From the NCBI GenBank assembly GCA_016234595.1, contig JACRBG010000047.1, forward strand, positions 1,269-65,268: a stretch of DNA of 64,000 nt. Direction: 5' to 3'. Origin of the DNA: Chloroflexota bacterium (GTDB lineage Bacteria > Chloroflexota > Anaerolineae > Aggregatilineales > J027). How positions within the stretch are numbered: position 1 is the stretch's first letter; the number at the start of each line of letters is the position of its first letter. This document shows positions 7,879-16,309 of the stretch, one piece after another. The position numbers were made by a program, and so were the translations under genes. The notes below the pieces were generated by a model. The model worked only from the letters and a program-made list of their open reading frames with translations. It was not told the origin of the DNA and made no database searches.

Positions 7879-10593
7879 TCACTTGGGGCCGGGTAGACAG
7901 TTGGTAATGCACGACCATCGGGCAGTTTGTTCTGTTACCCGAATAATCAGCCATTGCCATCCAGCCGGCACTTCATAGACATAATAATTGTTGTTGAATT
8001 TGACTTGGATTTCCCGTACTTCGCCGCCGGGGAAGTAGGTTTGTAGCCACTCTAGGCCTGCGACATTGACCTTATTGATGATGAAAAACAGCGGCTTGGT
8101 TGGGTCATATTGATGCGCCGTGCCCTGATTCATCACAATTTGTTGATAAACGTCCTCGGCTTTGAGTAATCCATTGGGCCAACTAAAATCGCCCGCTACA
8201 GTACCCAAAATTCGGTGATCTAGCCAGTTATCGGTATGGACATAAAAAGCATTGCCATAACTCCCCCGTGTTTCGGCAAAATCCCGTAATGGGGCGGCCA
8301 TTTGGGTGTAGGGTTTCCACCGCGTTTCATAACTTTCTCGATACACATTAAAGAAGGTATCGTAATTTGAGGGGGCGGCTAGGCCTATAAACAGAGCCAC
8401 GATTAAAGCAGAACTGGCGATAAAGGGCCGCTGGGCATAACCCGCTTTGGTGGTTTCATACGCGATTAGACCTAATGGATAGGCTGCCATCAAAAAGATA
8501 AAAGGGATCGTTCCGCTGGTGCGCGTAAAGGATGGGTTTTCAGTAACTTGGGTCAGGGCTAATGTACTGGGTAGCAGCATGACAATCACACCCAATGGAA
8601 TAGCAAGTAGGGCTATATCACGGCGTTTGATGATGAGGATAACCCACATCACCAGACCCATCACCAGCAGAGCATTAGTGACAGCATCTAGTGCTGGATA
8701 GCCATCGCCATTCAAAATCCACATGCCATCGCCTTGCCATGAATACATCTTGAAGGCACTGACATAATTATCCCACAGCACATCGCGGTGATTGACGATA
8801 AATTTCAATAACACGCCTGTGGAAGGATCGCAATATTCAGGATTGGCATTGGGCCCACGTTCGCAGTCACCCAACAAGCGCCCATAGGTACGCTTCCAAA
8901 ACGCATCCGGGTTTTCCACCGAATAACGATACATAGGCAGATATATGACCCATGCAATCACGGCGGCAGTTGTAAGGTTGACTATATAACGGGCTGTAAT
9001 TTTCCAGTTGATTTTTAGTCGGGCTAAAGCGGTCAGCAAAACAATCGGCACGACCAAAATCGGGAGCATCCGGTTGGCTTGGTAAAAATATGTCCCCGCT
9101 CCCAGTGTTACACCCATCAGAACAAAATCCATCCGGCGGTTATAACGCACAGCCCGCACCAAGAAAATGACTACAATCAAGGTAGTTAAGGGGGTGAGGG
9201 CGATGCGCAATCCAAGGCGTGATAACATGGTGTGCCACGAGCTAATGGCGAGAAGAGCGGCCATTGCTAGTCCCACCCAATCACCGAGAGCCTGTTGTTC
9301 GCGGGTTTCACGCCCAATGACCTCTTTGCCAAACCAATAGGCCAAGAGGACAGCCAATAGCCCTTCTAAAATGGTGGCATATTTGAGGGCGCGGAAATTA
9401 AAGCCGACCCCAAACCAGTCGCCAATGACCGCCACAAGGTACATTTGAAAACCTTCGCGACCTTCATTGTTCTCAAAGAAAATGCCGTAGTAACCTTGAT
9501 CCACGCGGTAGGCATCCCGCAATTTCTCAATATGGTCGCTGGTCATTTCTGGCGGAACCCCGTCGAGGTTGTGTAGCCGGAAATAGGATGCTACCAAAAA
9601 GATCAGAATTAACCCCACATAAGCCCAACGGAATTGAAGTTTACGCCGATGGGATGTGACAGGTTTTGGTTGAGGGTTGCTTGTTCGGGCAATCAACTTA
9701 AGCACAATTTTGTTGACATCAACCGCGAAAATGACAAACCAGAGTAGAGTTGCCATTACCCAAGCGATGACGCCTGACCGAGTGAAAATAGCTTCGACAC
9801 TGCCTGTTGGCGTGAGGGCCGCGTTTTTATCGTAGGCGAACCACGCAAACAAAGTGGCGACTGGCACAAGGGCAAAACGCAATGAGTGGCGGTTGAAAAA
9901 ATGAAGGGTTGATTGTAGGGGCGAGTCGGCTGGGTTGGTTTCGGATGGCTTATCCTCAATGACAATCGTCTGGGTCGTTGTGGAGCGGTTGCGCCATTGT
10001 AGACCAGCGGCCACCAATGCAATGGTGCCACCCAAGAACAGCCAAAAGAGCGCCCCATTGGTATCACCTGCGGCCCGCTTGATGGGGTCAATCGCTGATG
10101 AGCGTAATAGGCCCATGCCAATGAGCGAGAAGAAGAAAGCGACCAATAATAAACAAACCTGCACAAAACTATTTTTTTCCACTGCTAGATATTGACCAAA
10201 ACGGAGATTTTTGGCCCATTCGGGTGGTTCTGGCAAAGTGAGGTCGTTGGTGCGATAGCGGGCATCGGCACGGGCGACGGCAGCACGTAAGGCGGCCTGT
10301 TGTTCTGGCAGTGATCGGCCCGCTTGGTCAATCATCGGGGTATAGGGCATATCCGACGAAACAAATTCGTTACCCAGCGGGGCATCATACAAAATAGATG
10401 AATCGGCCCGCCGTACCTTTGGGGCTTCTTGCTCGGTGATGACTTGCCAAAATTCACTGGCAACACGCCCGGGTCGGTAGAGGAATAACCACAGGGCCTG
10501 CCACAACGTCAGCGACTCGAAATCAAAAGTAGGCCGCGTTGGTGAATCAGGCGGCGTGGCTTCGGGAGTTGGATTAGGAATAAATTCAGTCAT
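7879..10593 (-). CDS. ArnT/PMT_2-like GT-C family membrane glycosyltransferase (904 aa) with extra N-terminal TM region and C-terminal soluble domain
   Basis: Long ORF with ATG start. Polytopic. From about aa 330 the pattern is typical of lipid-carrier-dependent GT-C enzymes (FRLHNLDGVPPEMTSDHIEKL loop, FFENNEGREGFQMYL). Family call is from memory of motifs, not from an HMM. Confidence 0.75.
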   Translation of the reverse strand: MTEFIPNPTPEATPPDSPTRPTFDFESLTLWQALWLFLYRPGRVASEFWQVITEQEAPKVRRADSSILYDAPLGNEFVSSDMPYTPMIDQAGRSLPEQQAALRAAVARADARYRTNDLTLPEPPEWAKNLRFGQYLAVEKNSFVQVCLLLVAFFFSLIGMGLLRSSAIDPIKRAAGDTNGALFWLFLGGTIALVAAGLQWRNRSTTTQTIVIEDKPSETNPADSPLQSTLHFFNRHSLRFALVPVATLFAWFAYDKNAALTPTGSVEAIFTRSGVIAWVMATLLWFVIFAVDVNKIVLKLIARTSNPQPKPVTSHRRKLQFRWAYVGLILIFLVASYFRLHNLDGVPPEMTSDHIEKLRDAYRVDQGYYGIFFENNEGREGFQMYLVAVIGDWFGVGFNFRALKYATILEGLLAVLLAYWFGKEVIGRETREQQALGDWVGLAMAALLAISSWHTMLSRLGLRIALTPLTTLIVVIFLVRAVRYNRRMDFVLMGVTLGAGTYFYQANRMLPILVVPIVLLTALARLKINWKITARYIVNLTTAAVIAWVIYLPMYRYSVENPDAFWKRTYGRLLGDCERGPNANPEYCDPSTGVLLKFIVNHRDVLWDNYVSAFKMYSWQGDGMWILNGDGYPALDAVTNALLVMGLVMWVILIIKRRDIALLAIPLGVIVMLLPSTLALTQVTENPSFTRTSGTIPFIFLMAAYPLGLIAYETTKAGYAQRPFIASSALIVALFIGLAAPSNYDTFFNVYRESYETRWKPYTQMAAPLRDFAETRGSYGNAFYVHTDNWLDHRILGTVAGDFSWPNGLLKAEDVYQQIVMNQGTAHQYDPTKPLFFIINKVNVAGLEWLQTYFPGGEVREIQVKFNNNYYVYEVPAGWQWLIIRVTEQTARWSCITNCLPGPK

Positions 10594-10609
10594 GCGTCTG
10601 GTTTTAAAA

Positions 10610-11461
10610 TTAGGCTTTTTTACGCGCTTTGATGCACAAGTTTACCGTACTCCGATGTAGTGGTTCATCCAATTTATTTGGGCGGTCAAAAAAATTCAAG
10701 ACCGCTAAACCCAAATTGATTGGATTACGTAGGCTACCATCGTTTTTGTCAAAAGTCGTGCGGTCAGCTGCCGCCGCAAGATTATCTGGCATCAGCCCAC
10801 TTTCGAGTAACGGCTTGCCAAGACCATACACCAAATTGTGAATAAAGGGAAAGCTGTAATGGGTAAAGGCGCGTTCTTGCTCCACTATAAATCCAGCGGC
10901 GGTCGCGGCCTTACGCAGTTCTTCTATTGTATATAAACGGACGTGATTCGCCCAAATCCCAGCCAGTGGCCCGCGCCGAATTTTGGTATGGAACACATTT
11001 TCAAGGGTGCGGTTGATTGGATCCCACATAAACGGATAGTTGGTGTTGGGCACAGTGATGGCCGCGACACCGCCGGGTTTTAGAACACGATAGACTTCTT
11101 TTAAGCCTGCTACATCGTCATCTACATGCTCCAAAATTTCGCTGAGGATGACTCCATTAAAACTGTTATCGGCAAAGGGTAGGTGATAAATATTAGCCTG
11201 AGTCAGCAATAGATCGGGTTGATGCCCGACATTGGCTTGGGCCTTGCGGATAATGTCGCTTTCAAGCTCCAAACCGACTAGTTTGACGTCGCTGACATGC
11301 CGATAGTAATTTAAATAGAAACCACGACCACAGGCACAGTCCAAAACAATCATATCGTCAGTAGGGGGAATCCATTCAAAAATGGTTTGCACCCGCTTTT
11401 TAAAGGCCATATCGGCCTCATTTTTGGTGAGGCGGGCAATGGTTTGTGCGTCTACACCCAT
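10610..11461 (-). CDS. Class I SAM-dependent methyltransferase
   Basis: Motif I VLDCACGRGFY, post-I LVGLELE, motif II/III VILSEILEHV and LKPGGVAAITVPN. 3-nt gap to the upstream GT4 gene. Confidence 0.85.
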   Translation of the reverse strand: MGVDAQTIARLTKNEADMAFKKRVQTIFEWIPPTDDMIVLDCACGRGFYLNYYRHVSDVKLVGLELESDIIRKAQANVGHQPDLLLTQANIYHLPFADNSFNGVILSEILEHVDDDVAGLKEVYRVLKPGGVAAITVPNTNYPFMWDPINRTLENVFHTKIRRGPLAGIWANHVRLYTIEELRKAATAAGFIVEQERAFTHYSFPFIHNLVYGLGKPLLESGLMPDNLAAAADRTTFDKNDGSLRNPINLGLAVLNFFDRPNKLDEPLHRSTVNLCIKARKKA

Positions 11462-11464
11462 GTT

Positions 11465-12694
11465 TTAGCGCACCTCGTTTTTGCGAAAAACCGAAGTGTG
11501 GGCGGCATTCCGTAGATGTTTTTCATAACGGCTAATGGTTTCATCGTAATTGAAAAAAGTCTCAATTTCTTCGCGGGTACGCATATAGTGCTTTCGGTTT
11601 TGTAAAATCTCAACAACGGCTTCCCCAATAGCTTGGTGGTCGCCACGTGGGACAATTTTGCCCATACCTGTTTCTTGCAAGGGCACACGTGCGCCGGGAA
11701 TGTCGGTTGCGATGATGGGTGTACCACACATCATGGCTTCGACTTGTACCAGCGCAAAACATTCCGTGTCACTGGGCAGCACCACAATATCACATGCCGC
11801 GTAAAAATTAGCAAGGGCTTGGGCGCTGGTAATCAGGCCTAGGAAAATCAATTGCTCCTCAAAACGGCGCACCAGCGGCTGACTTTCTTCCCAAGTATTT
11901 TCGTACTTGATGTCATATTCACCCGCGAACACGACTCGTGCATTCGGGTAATGCTCATTGATGACCTCAAGGGATCGGATGAGCAAATCGGGCCGTTTTT
12001 CTTTGACAAACCGACCAGCATAACCAATGACTGGGCCACCATTGTGTTGCCAACGTTCGCGCAGTTCGGCGGCACGGTGGGGTTCGGGGTGGGGGATTTG
12101 AATGGGTGGAAAAATCACCGAGACCTTATCCCGATAATCTTCCAAATAATAGCTGTGGTCGGCATAGTCGTGGCTATAGGCGATGATGCGGCTAGCTCGG
12201 TTTGCCATATAGCGGTAATTTTGGAAGGTGAACCATTGAATAAATTGGTTTTTTAAACCCGGCCCTAGTAATAAATCGCCATGATGGGTTGCAATCAAAC
12301 CCCGCCGTACACGCTTGGCGATAAACGCGGTGAGAGCCGTTTCCAACATGGGCAAACTGAGCCATACCACATCGCTTTGGCGTAGAAAGCCCCACATTGA
12401 CCAAGGATAGGCGGGCATAATCATGCCTCGGCTGACCTTGATGGGGGCCCATAGGCGCACGATACGTACCCCATTAATGGTTTCGTCGCGGGGTAGGTCA
12501 ATGCTGTGGCGGGCGGTCAAAACAGTGACTTCGTGACCGCGTGCGGCCAACCCTTCGGCAACACGCTGGACATGCAGAGAATAGCCCGTGCGATGGGGTA
12601 GGTAAAATTGTAATGCGGCCAAAATCCGCAAGGGGCGGTCGGCATTTCGATAATCATCCAAATGGGTCACAATCTCCTCAGCGGTGTGGTTCAC
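11465..12694 (-). CDS. GT4 (GT-B fold, Glycos_transf_1) glycosyltransferase
   Basis: N-terminal LRILAALQFYLPHRTGYSLHV and C-terminal GLITSAQ...DIVVLPSDTECFALVQVEAMMCGTPIIATDIPG (EX7E-type region). GTG start overlaps the upstream stop as GTGA (12691-12694). Confidence 0.85.
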   Translation of the reverse strand: MNHTAEEIVTHLDDYRNADRPLRILAALQFYLPHRTGYSLHVQRVAEGLAARGHEVTVLTARHSIDLPRDETINGVRIVRLWAPIKVSRGMIMPAYPWSMWGFLRQSDVVWLSLPMLETALTAFIAKRVRRGLIATHHGDLLLGPGLKNQFIQWFTFQNYRYMANRASRIIAYSHDYADHSYYLEDYRDKVSVIFPPIQIPHPEPHRAAELRERWQHNGGPVIGYAGRFVKEKRPDLLIRSLEVINEHYPNARVVFAGEYDIKYENTWEESQPLVRRFEEQLIFLGLITSAQALANFYAACDIVVLPSDTECFALVQVEAMMCGTPIIATDIPGARVPLQETGMGKIVPRGDHQAIGEAVVEILQNRKHYMRTREEIETFFNYDETISRYEKHLRNAAHTSVFRKNEVR

Positions 12695-13734
12695 GATACC
12701 CCCTCCGCCAATATCTTTACAGCGGTGTCATGTTCGGTTAGGGTGGATGCGCCACGCCGCACCTGTCGCACCGAGGTGTGTTCGACATATAGCCCAATCA
12801 ACCCAAAGATAATATACAAGCCAATCAGCAATGCGTGCAAAATGGCCGCAAAAGCAATCGCTGGCGCATTTTCGGGGGCGGTGGCTTTATCAATGAGGCC
12901 CGCGATCCACAATCCACCCACAACAGCCCCTTCAAATGGGCCTAAGTTGCCGGGGACAGCTGGAAGGGCCACTGAGAATGACCCCAGCACCACAAATAAA
13001 GCAGCGGCTTGGATGGTGGGCTTGTCAAAAAGCATAAATAGGAGAGCGTAACCGGCCAAAATTGAGAAGAACCACGAAAAGCCTGTCCAGAAAAACACGG
13101 CTAGGGCGGTCTTGGGCCGACCTATGGGAGCAAAACCTTTAAGGATATGGTCAAGCCGCTCGTCCAATTTCAAACGGCGCAAAATCGGCAACCAACCTTC
13201 CATCCACTTTAGCATCGCTTTGGCCCAAGCTGGTCGGGCGGCGAAAATACTGAGGGTGATTAGGGCGATTAACGCGGCTGTTCCCATCAACACCCCTACC
13301 GAGGTCACTTCGGACGGGACATCCAAAACAGCTAGGCAGACCCCCAACACCAAAACAACAAATAGGAGGTCAACTAGACGTTCGACCACAATGGTACTGA
13401 GGGAGGTAAAACCAGAGACGGGTGGTTTTAGGCGGCTGGTGAGCCATGCCCGTGCAAAGTCGCCAATCCGGAAGGGTAAAATAGAACTGACAAAGTAGCC
13501 AACGTTCATAATATGAAAACTGTGCCAGACACTGACCCGCTTATCGAGCAAGATATGCCAACGCACAGCCCGCGTCAATAATCCGCCAAACAGCAACAAG
13601 GCACATGGCAGCAAATAGACATAATGTGCCCGTGCTAGTTCATCTTTGACTGCATCCAGTTCCGAGCCAACCAACGCGACAAAAATCCCTACACTGACCA
13701 CCGCGCCGAGGCCAAACGTTAGCCACTTTTTCAA
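12691..13734 (-). CDS. UPF0104 / lysylphosphatidylglycerol-synthase-TM-like flippase-like membrane protein
   Basis: MKKWLTFGLGAVVSVGIFVALV...RAVRWHILL...SILPFRIGDFARAW is the typical UPF0104 N-terminal pattern, with about 8 TM helices. Apparent TTG start at 13732-13734, no in-frame ATG nearby. Confidence 0.75.
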   Translation of the reverse strand: MKKWLTFGLGAVVSVGIFVALVGSELDAVKDELARAHYVYLLPCALLLFGGLLTRAVRWHILLDKRVSVWHSFHIMNVGYFVSSILPFRIGDFARAWLTSRLKPPVSGFTSLSTIVVERLVDLLFVVLVLGVCLAVLDVPSEVTSVGVLMGTAALIALITLSIFAARPAWAKAMLKWMEGWLPILRRLKLDERLDHILKGFAPIGRPKTALAVFFWTGFSWFFSILAGYALLFMLFDKPTIQAAALFVVLGSFSVALPAVPGNLGPFEGAVVGGLWIAGLIDKATAPENAPAIAFAAILHALLIGLYIIFGLIGLYVEHTSVRQVRRGASTLTEHDTAVKILAEGVS

Positions 13735-13778
13735 CGCACTTTACTCGTTTTATGTTTCAGAAAAGTTAACGCCGCGCC

Positions 13779-13784
13779 ATTATA
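13779..13784 (-). promoter_or_regulatory. Candidate -10 box (TATAAT on minus strand) in the only sizeable gap of the glycosylation locus
   Basis: Plus-strand ATTATA at 13779-13784, 45 nt upstream of the TTG start at 13734. No convincing -35. Confidence 0.3.
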
Positions 13785-13852
13785 GCAGAGGGGTGGACAA
13801 ATCTACACGGCAGGCCCACTGGATGTAATTACACGGTTGGGAAAACGTAGGC

Positions 13853-15472
13853 TCACTGCGCAGTATTGGCCGGAGCAATGCGTTTGTAGACGAGCATCGC
13901 CCCGCCATAATAATCAGTTTTGATTTCATAGAGGAGTTGATATTGCTCGGCAAAACGCGGGTCTTGTTGTAGGCCAAGTTTGACAAAATCTAACATAGTG
14001 ATGATGTAATCGGGTTGACGGTCAAAAATCATTTGGGGCGGGATGGCATAGTTGCCATCTTCGGGGATTAGTTCAGTATAGCCTTCCGCTTCATAATAAT
14101 GATTCAAGCCATCTGTGACAAGGCCAATGGTATCTAGAATTTTGGCGTGGCTATAGAACCCAACTGTGCCAATATCACCAGCCGCAATAACAGTAGCTGG
14201 CCCAACCCTTTCTTCGCTGACAAGGCGCTCGGCGACGGCCTGATAATTCGATTCGAGTTCGTGGAAGGCCATCTTGGGAGCGGGGCGATTGGGACGATGG
14301 TCAGGTTTAAGTTGCCAACCCGCCAATGCACACAGGATTGCAAAGGCACTCAAGCTATACGCCGCAAATTTTAAGCGTTGTGCGCCCAACGACGGAGCAA
14401 GGGATTGGCCGAGCGAATAGACTCCGCCGACGATTGCCAATAAATAGGCGGGCATGGGGGGCGTAAGATACCAGCGGAAAATGAGCGGATTAAGGACACA
14501 AAAGACGACCAGATAAATCCACGCATGGAGGAAAATGGGCAGGGTACGTGGATGCGTTTTGACCAATGCGCGTAGGCCGACCAACGCCAAAAAAGGAAAG
14601 AGTATCAAGCCGAGACCCGTGCCCACGACTGGCCCAAGAATTTCAAATTGGTCAACCGGATTGGCGAACTGTTGCAGCATTTTGATGAGGGCTTGGGTGC
14701 TTTCTACATCATAGACTACTGATTTAGTGCCAATGGTGTGAGGGAGGGGGCTACCAAAATAGGCCGCAGCGAAAATGACCCACGGCAGGCCAATAATTAA
14801 CCCGGCAATGTAATCAGGGAAGGGTAGCCACTGCAATAGATTTTGGTTGGGGGTACGTTCGCGCCATGCTGTCCAAAGTTGATGCAGCATCAAGGGGCCA
14901 GCCCATAATAAGGCATCTGGACGGGTCAATAGGCCCAGCGCCACCAATGCACCCACCCAGCCGCGCCGCCTATCCAAATAGGCGACCCATGCCGCAATCA
15001 TAAATAAATTGTGGACGCTGGTTTCCATGCCACCAATGGCGAAGGTGACACTATAGGAGATCAGTCCCCACAATAAGCCTAACAGTCCACCCGCAAGGCG
15101 ACTGTTGGTCAAATGACGGGCTAGTAGATAGAGCAACGCGACGGAAATGGCATCAGCAAGGGCGTTGACGAACAGGGCGTACCACTGATAATCGTCACCC
15201 ACAACACCTCCGATACCTGCTATCAGCAGCGTATAGAGCGGGGTGGTTGTGCCAAGCACTTTGCTGTCGGAGTTATAAACGAAGCCTTCCCCCTCGACCA
15301 GATTACGGCTATAGCGAAAGGTGATGAAGGCATCGTCAACAGTGCGTGGTTCGGGCATGACTCGTGCAAAAAAGGCCACCAGCGCAATTAATAAAATGAG
15401 CAGGAGGTCAGCACGAGTCAAATGGCTAGAGGGTTGTAAAATGGGATGACGGGCTGGAGCTTTAGTGAACAC
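13853..15472 (-). CDS. GT-C-like polytopic membrane protein (putative glycosyl/arabinofuranosyl-type transferase)
   Basis: 539-aa ORF with GTG start and about 12 TM helices. First-loop motif RTVDDAFITFRYSRNLVEGEGFVYN, seen in uncharacterised GT-C-type transferases. C-terminal soluble domain. Confidence 0.65.
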   Translation of the reverse strand: MFTKAPARHPILQPSSHLTRADLLLILLIALVAFFARVMPEPRTVDDAFITFRYSRNLVEGEGFVYNSDSKVLGTTTPLYTLLIAGIGGVVGDDYQWYALFVNALADAISVALLYLLARHLTNSRLAGGLLGLLWGLISYSVTFAIGGMETSVHNLFMIAAWVAYLDRRRGWVGALVALGLLTRPDALLWAGPLMLHQLWTAWRERTPNQNLLQWLPFPDYIAGLIIGLPWVIFAAAYFGSPLPHTIGTKSVVYDVESTQALIKMLQQFANPVDQFEILGPVVGTGLGLILFPFLALVGLRALVKTHPRTLPIFLHAWIYLVVFCVLNPLIFRWYLTPPMPAYLLAIVGGVYSLGQSLAPSLGAQRLKFAAYSLSAFAILCALAGWQLKPDHRPNRPAPKMAFHELESNYQAVAERLVSEERVGPATVIAAGDIGTVGFYSHAKILDTIGLVTDGLNHYYEAEGYTELIPEDGNYAIPPQMIFDRQPDYIITMLDFVKLGLQQDPRFAEQYQLLYEIKTDYYGGAMLVYKRIAPANTAQ

Positions 15473-15494
15473 CGGTCATCATCCTGAAAAATGC

Positions 15495-15854
15495 TTAGAC
15501 GCGGAACTGGTTGATAACCGCAATAAGATCATTTACTGCGATGGGTTTAACGATATGATATTCTGTACCCGCTTCTTCGCTGCGGCGTACATATTCATCA
15601 AAATCATAGGCGGTAATTGAGATAATCGGGGTCTGCAAGCCTGCATCGCGGAGGTATTCAGCAAATTCAATGCCGTCCATAACACCAGTGCCTAAATGGA
15701 CATCGGCGACGATCAAATCAAAAGGGATGGATTGTAATTCGCCAATGGCATCTTCAGGGCTTGCGACAGTGATGATTTCGTCACCATAGAGCTGGGCAAT
15801 TCGGTCGAACAGGGCGAGGTTGGAGGGGTCGTCTTCAAGATACAAAATACGCAT
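15495..15854 (-). CDS. Stand-alone response-regulator receiver (CheY-like)
   Basis: MRILYLEDD (acidic pair), LIVADVHL (acceptor Asp), SITAY (Thr), IVKP (Lys). No output domain. Confidence 0.85.
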   Translation of the reverse strand: MRILYLEDDPSNLALFDRIAQLYGDEIITVASPEDAIGELQSIPFDLIVADVHLGTGVMDGIEFAEYLRDAGLQTPIISITAYDFDEYVRRSEEAGTEYHIVKPIAVNDLIAVINQFRV

Positions 15855-15862
15855 GAGGTGTC

Positions 15863-16156
15863 CTACTTATCGTTGATTTCTTCATTCCCAATGCTAAAAG
15901 CGGCATCAAGATCGGATTTTGAATAGGCTTTGAAAGCAATCAGGGTTTCCGTGGCAAGGATGCCCTTAATACCCCGAATGATTACCGTAACAATTTCAGC
16001 AATGCGTTCGTTAGAATCGCTTCGCAAAATGGCAGCGAGGTCATAACGCCCCGCGATGGAAAAAACATCGGTTACACCATCAATGTTGATCATTTGTTGG
16101 GCCACTGGATTAACCTGACCGCGTTCCACATTGATGAGTACAATTGCATTAACCAT
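15863..16156 (-). CDS. Stand-alone Lrp/AsnC-type ligand-binding (RAM) domain protein, no HTH
   Basis: 97 aa. MVNAIVLINVERGQVNPVAQQMINIDGVTDVFSIAGRYDLAAILR matches the AsnC_trans_reg effector-domain pattern. GGGGAG SD upstream. Confidence 0.7.
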   Translation of the reverse strand: MVNAIVLINVERGQVNPVAQQMINIDGVTDVFSIAGRYDLAAILRSDSNERIAEIVTVIIRGIKGILATETLIAFKAYSKSDLDAAFSIGNEEINDK

Positions 16157-16309
16157 TTTGCACTCCCCTAAAGAAAATTTTTCTAAATTTCATTTCGCTC
16201 AAAAGTGTAAAACTATGATACTCTCAAGGCGAAGTGGATGCTAGACCCGACGTACTGGATTTACCTAGAATTTACCGAATTTTTTCTGAAGAAAGTTACG
16301 TGGTCGGAT

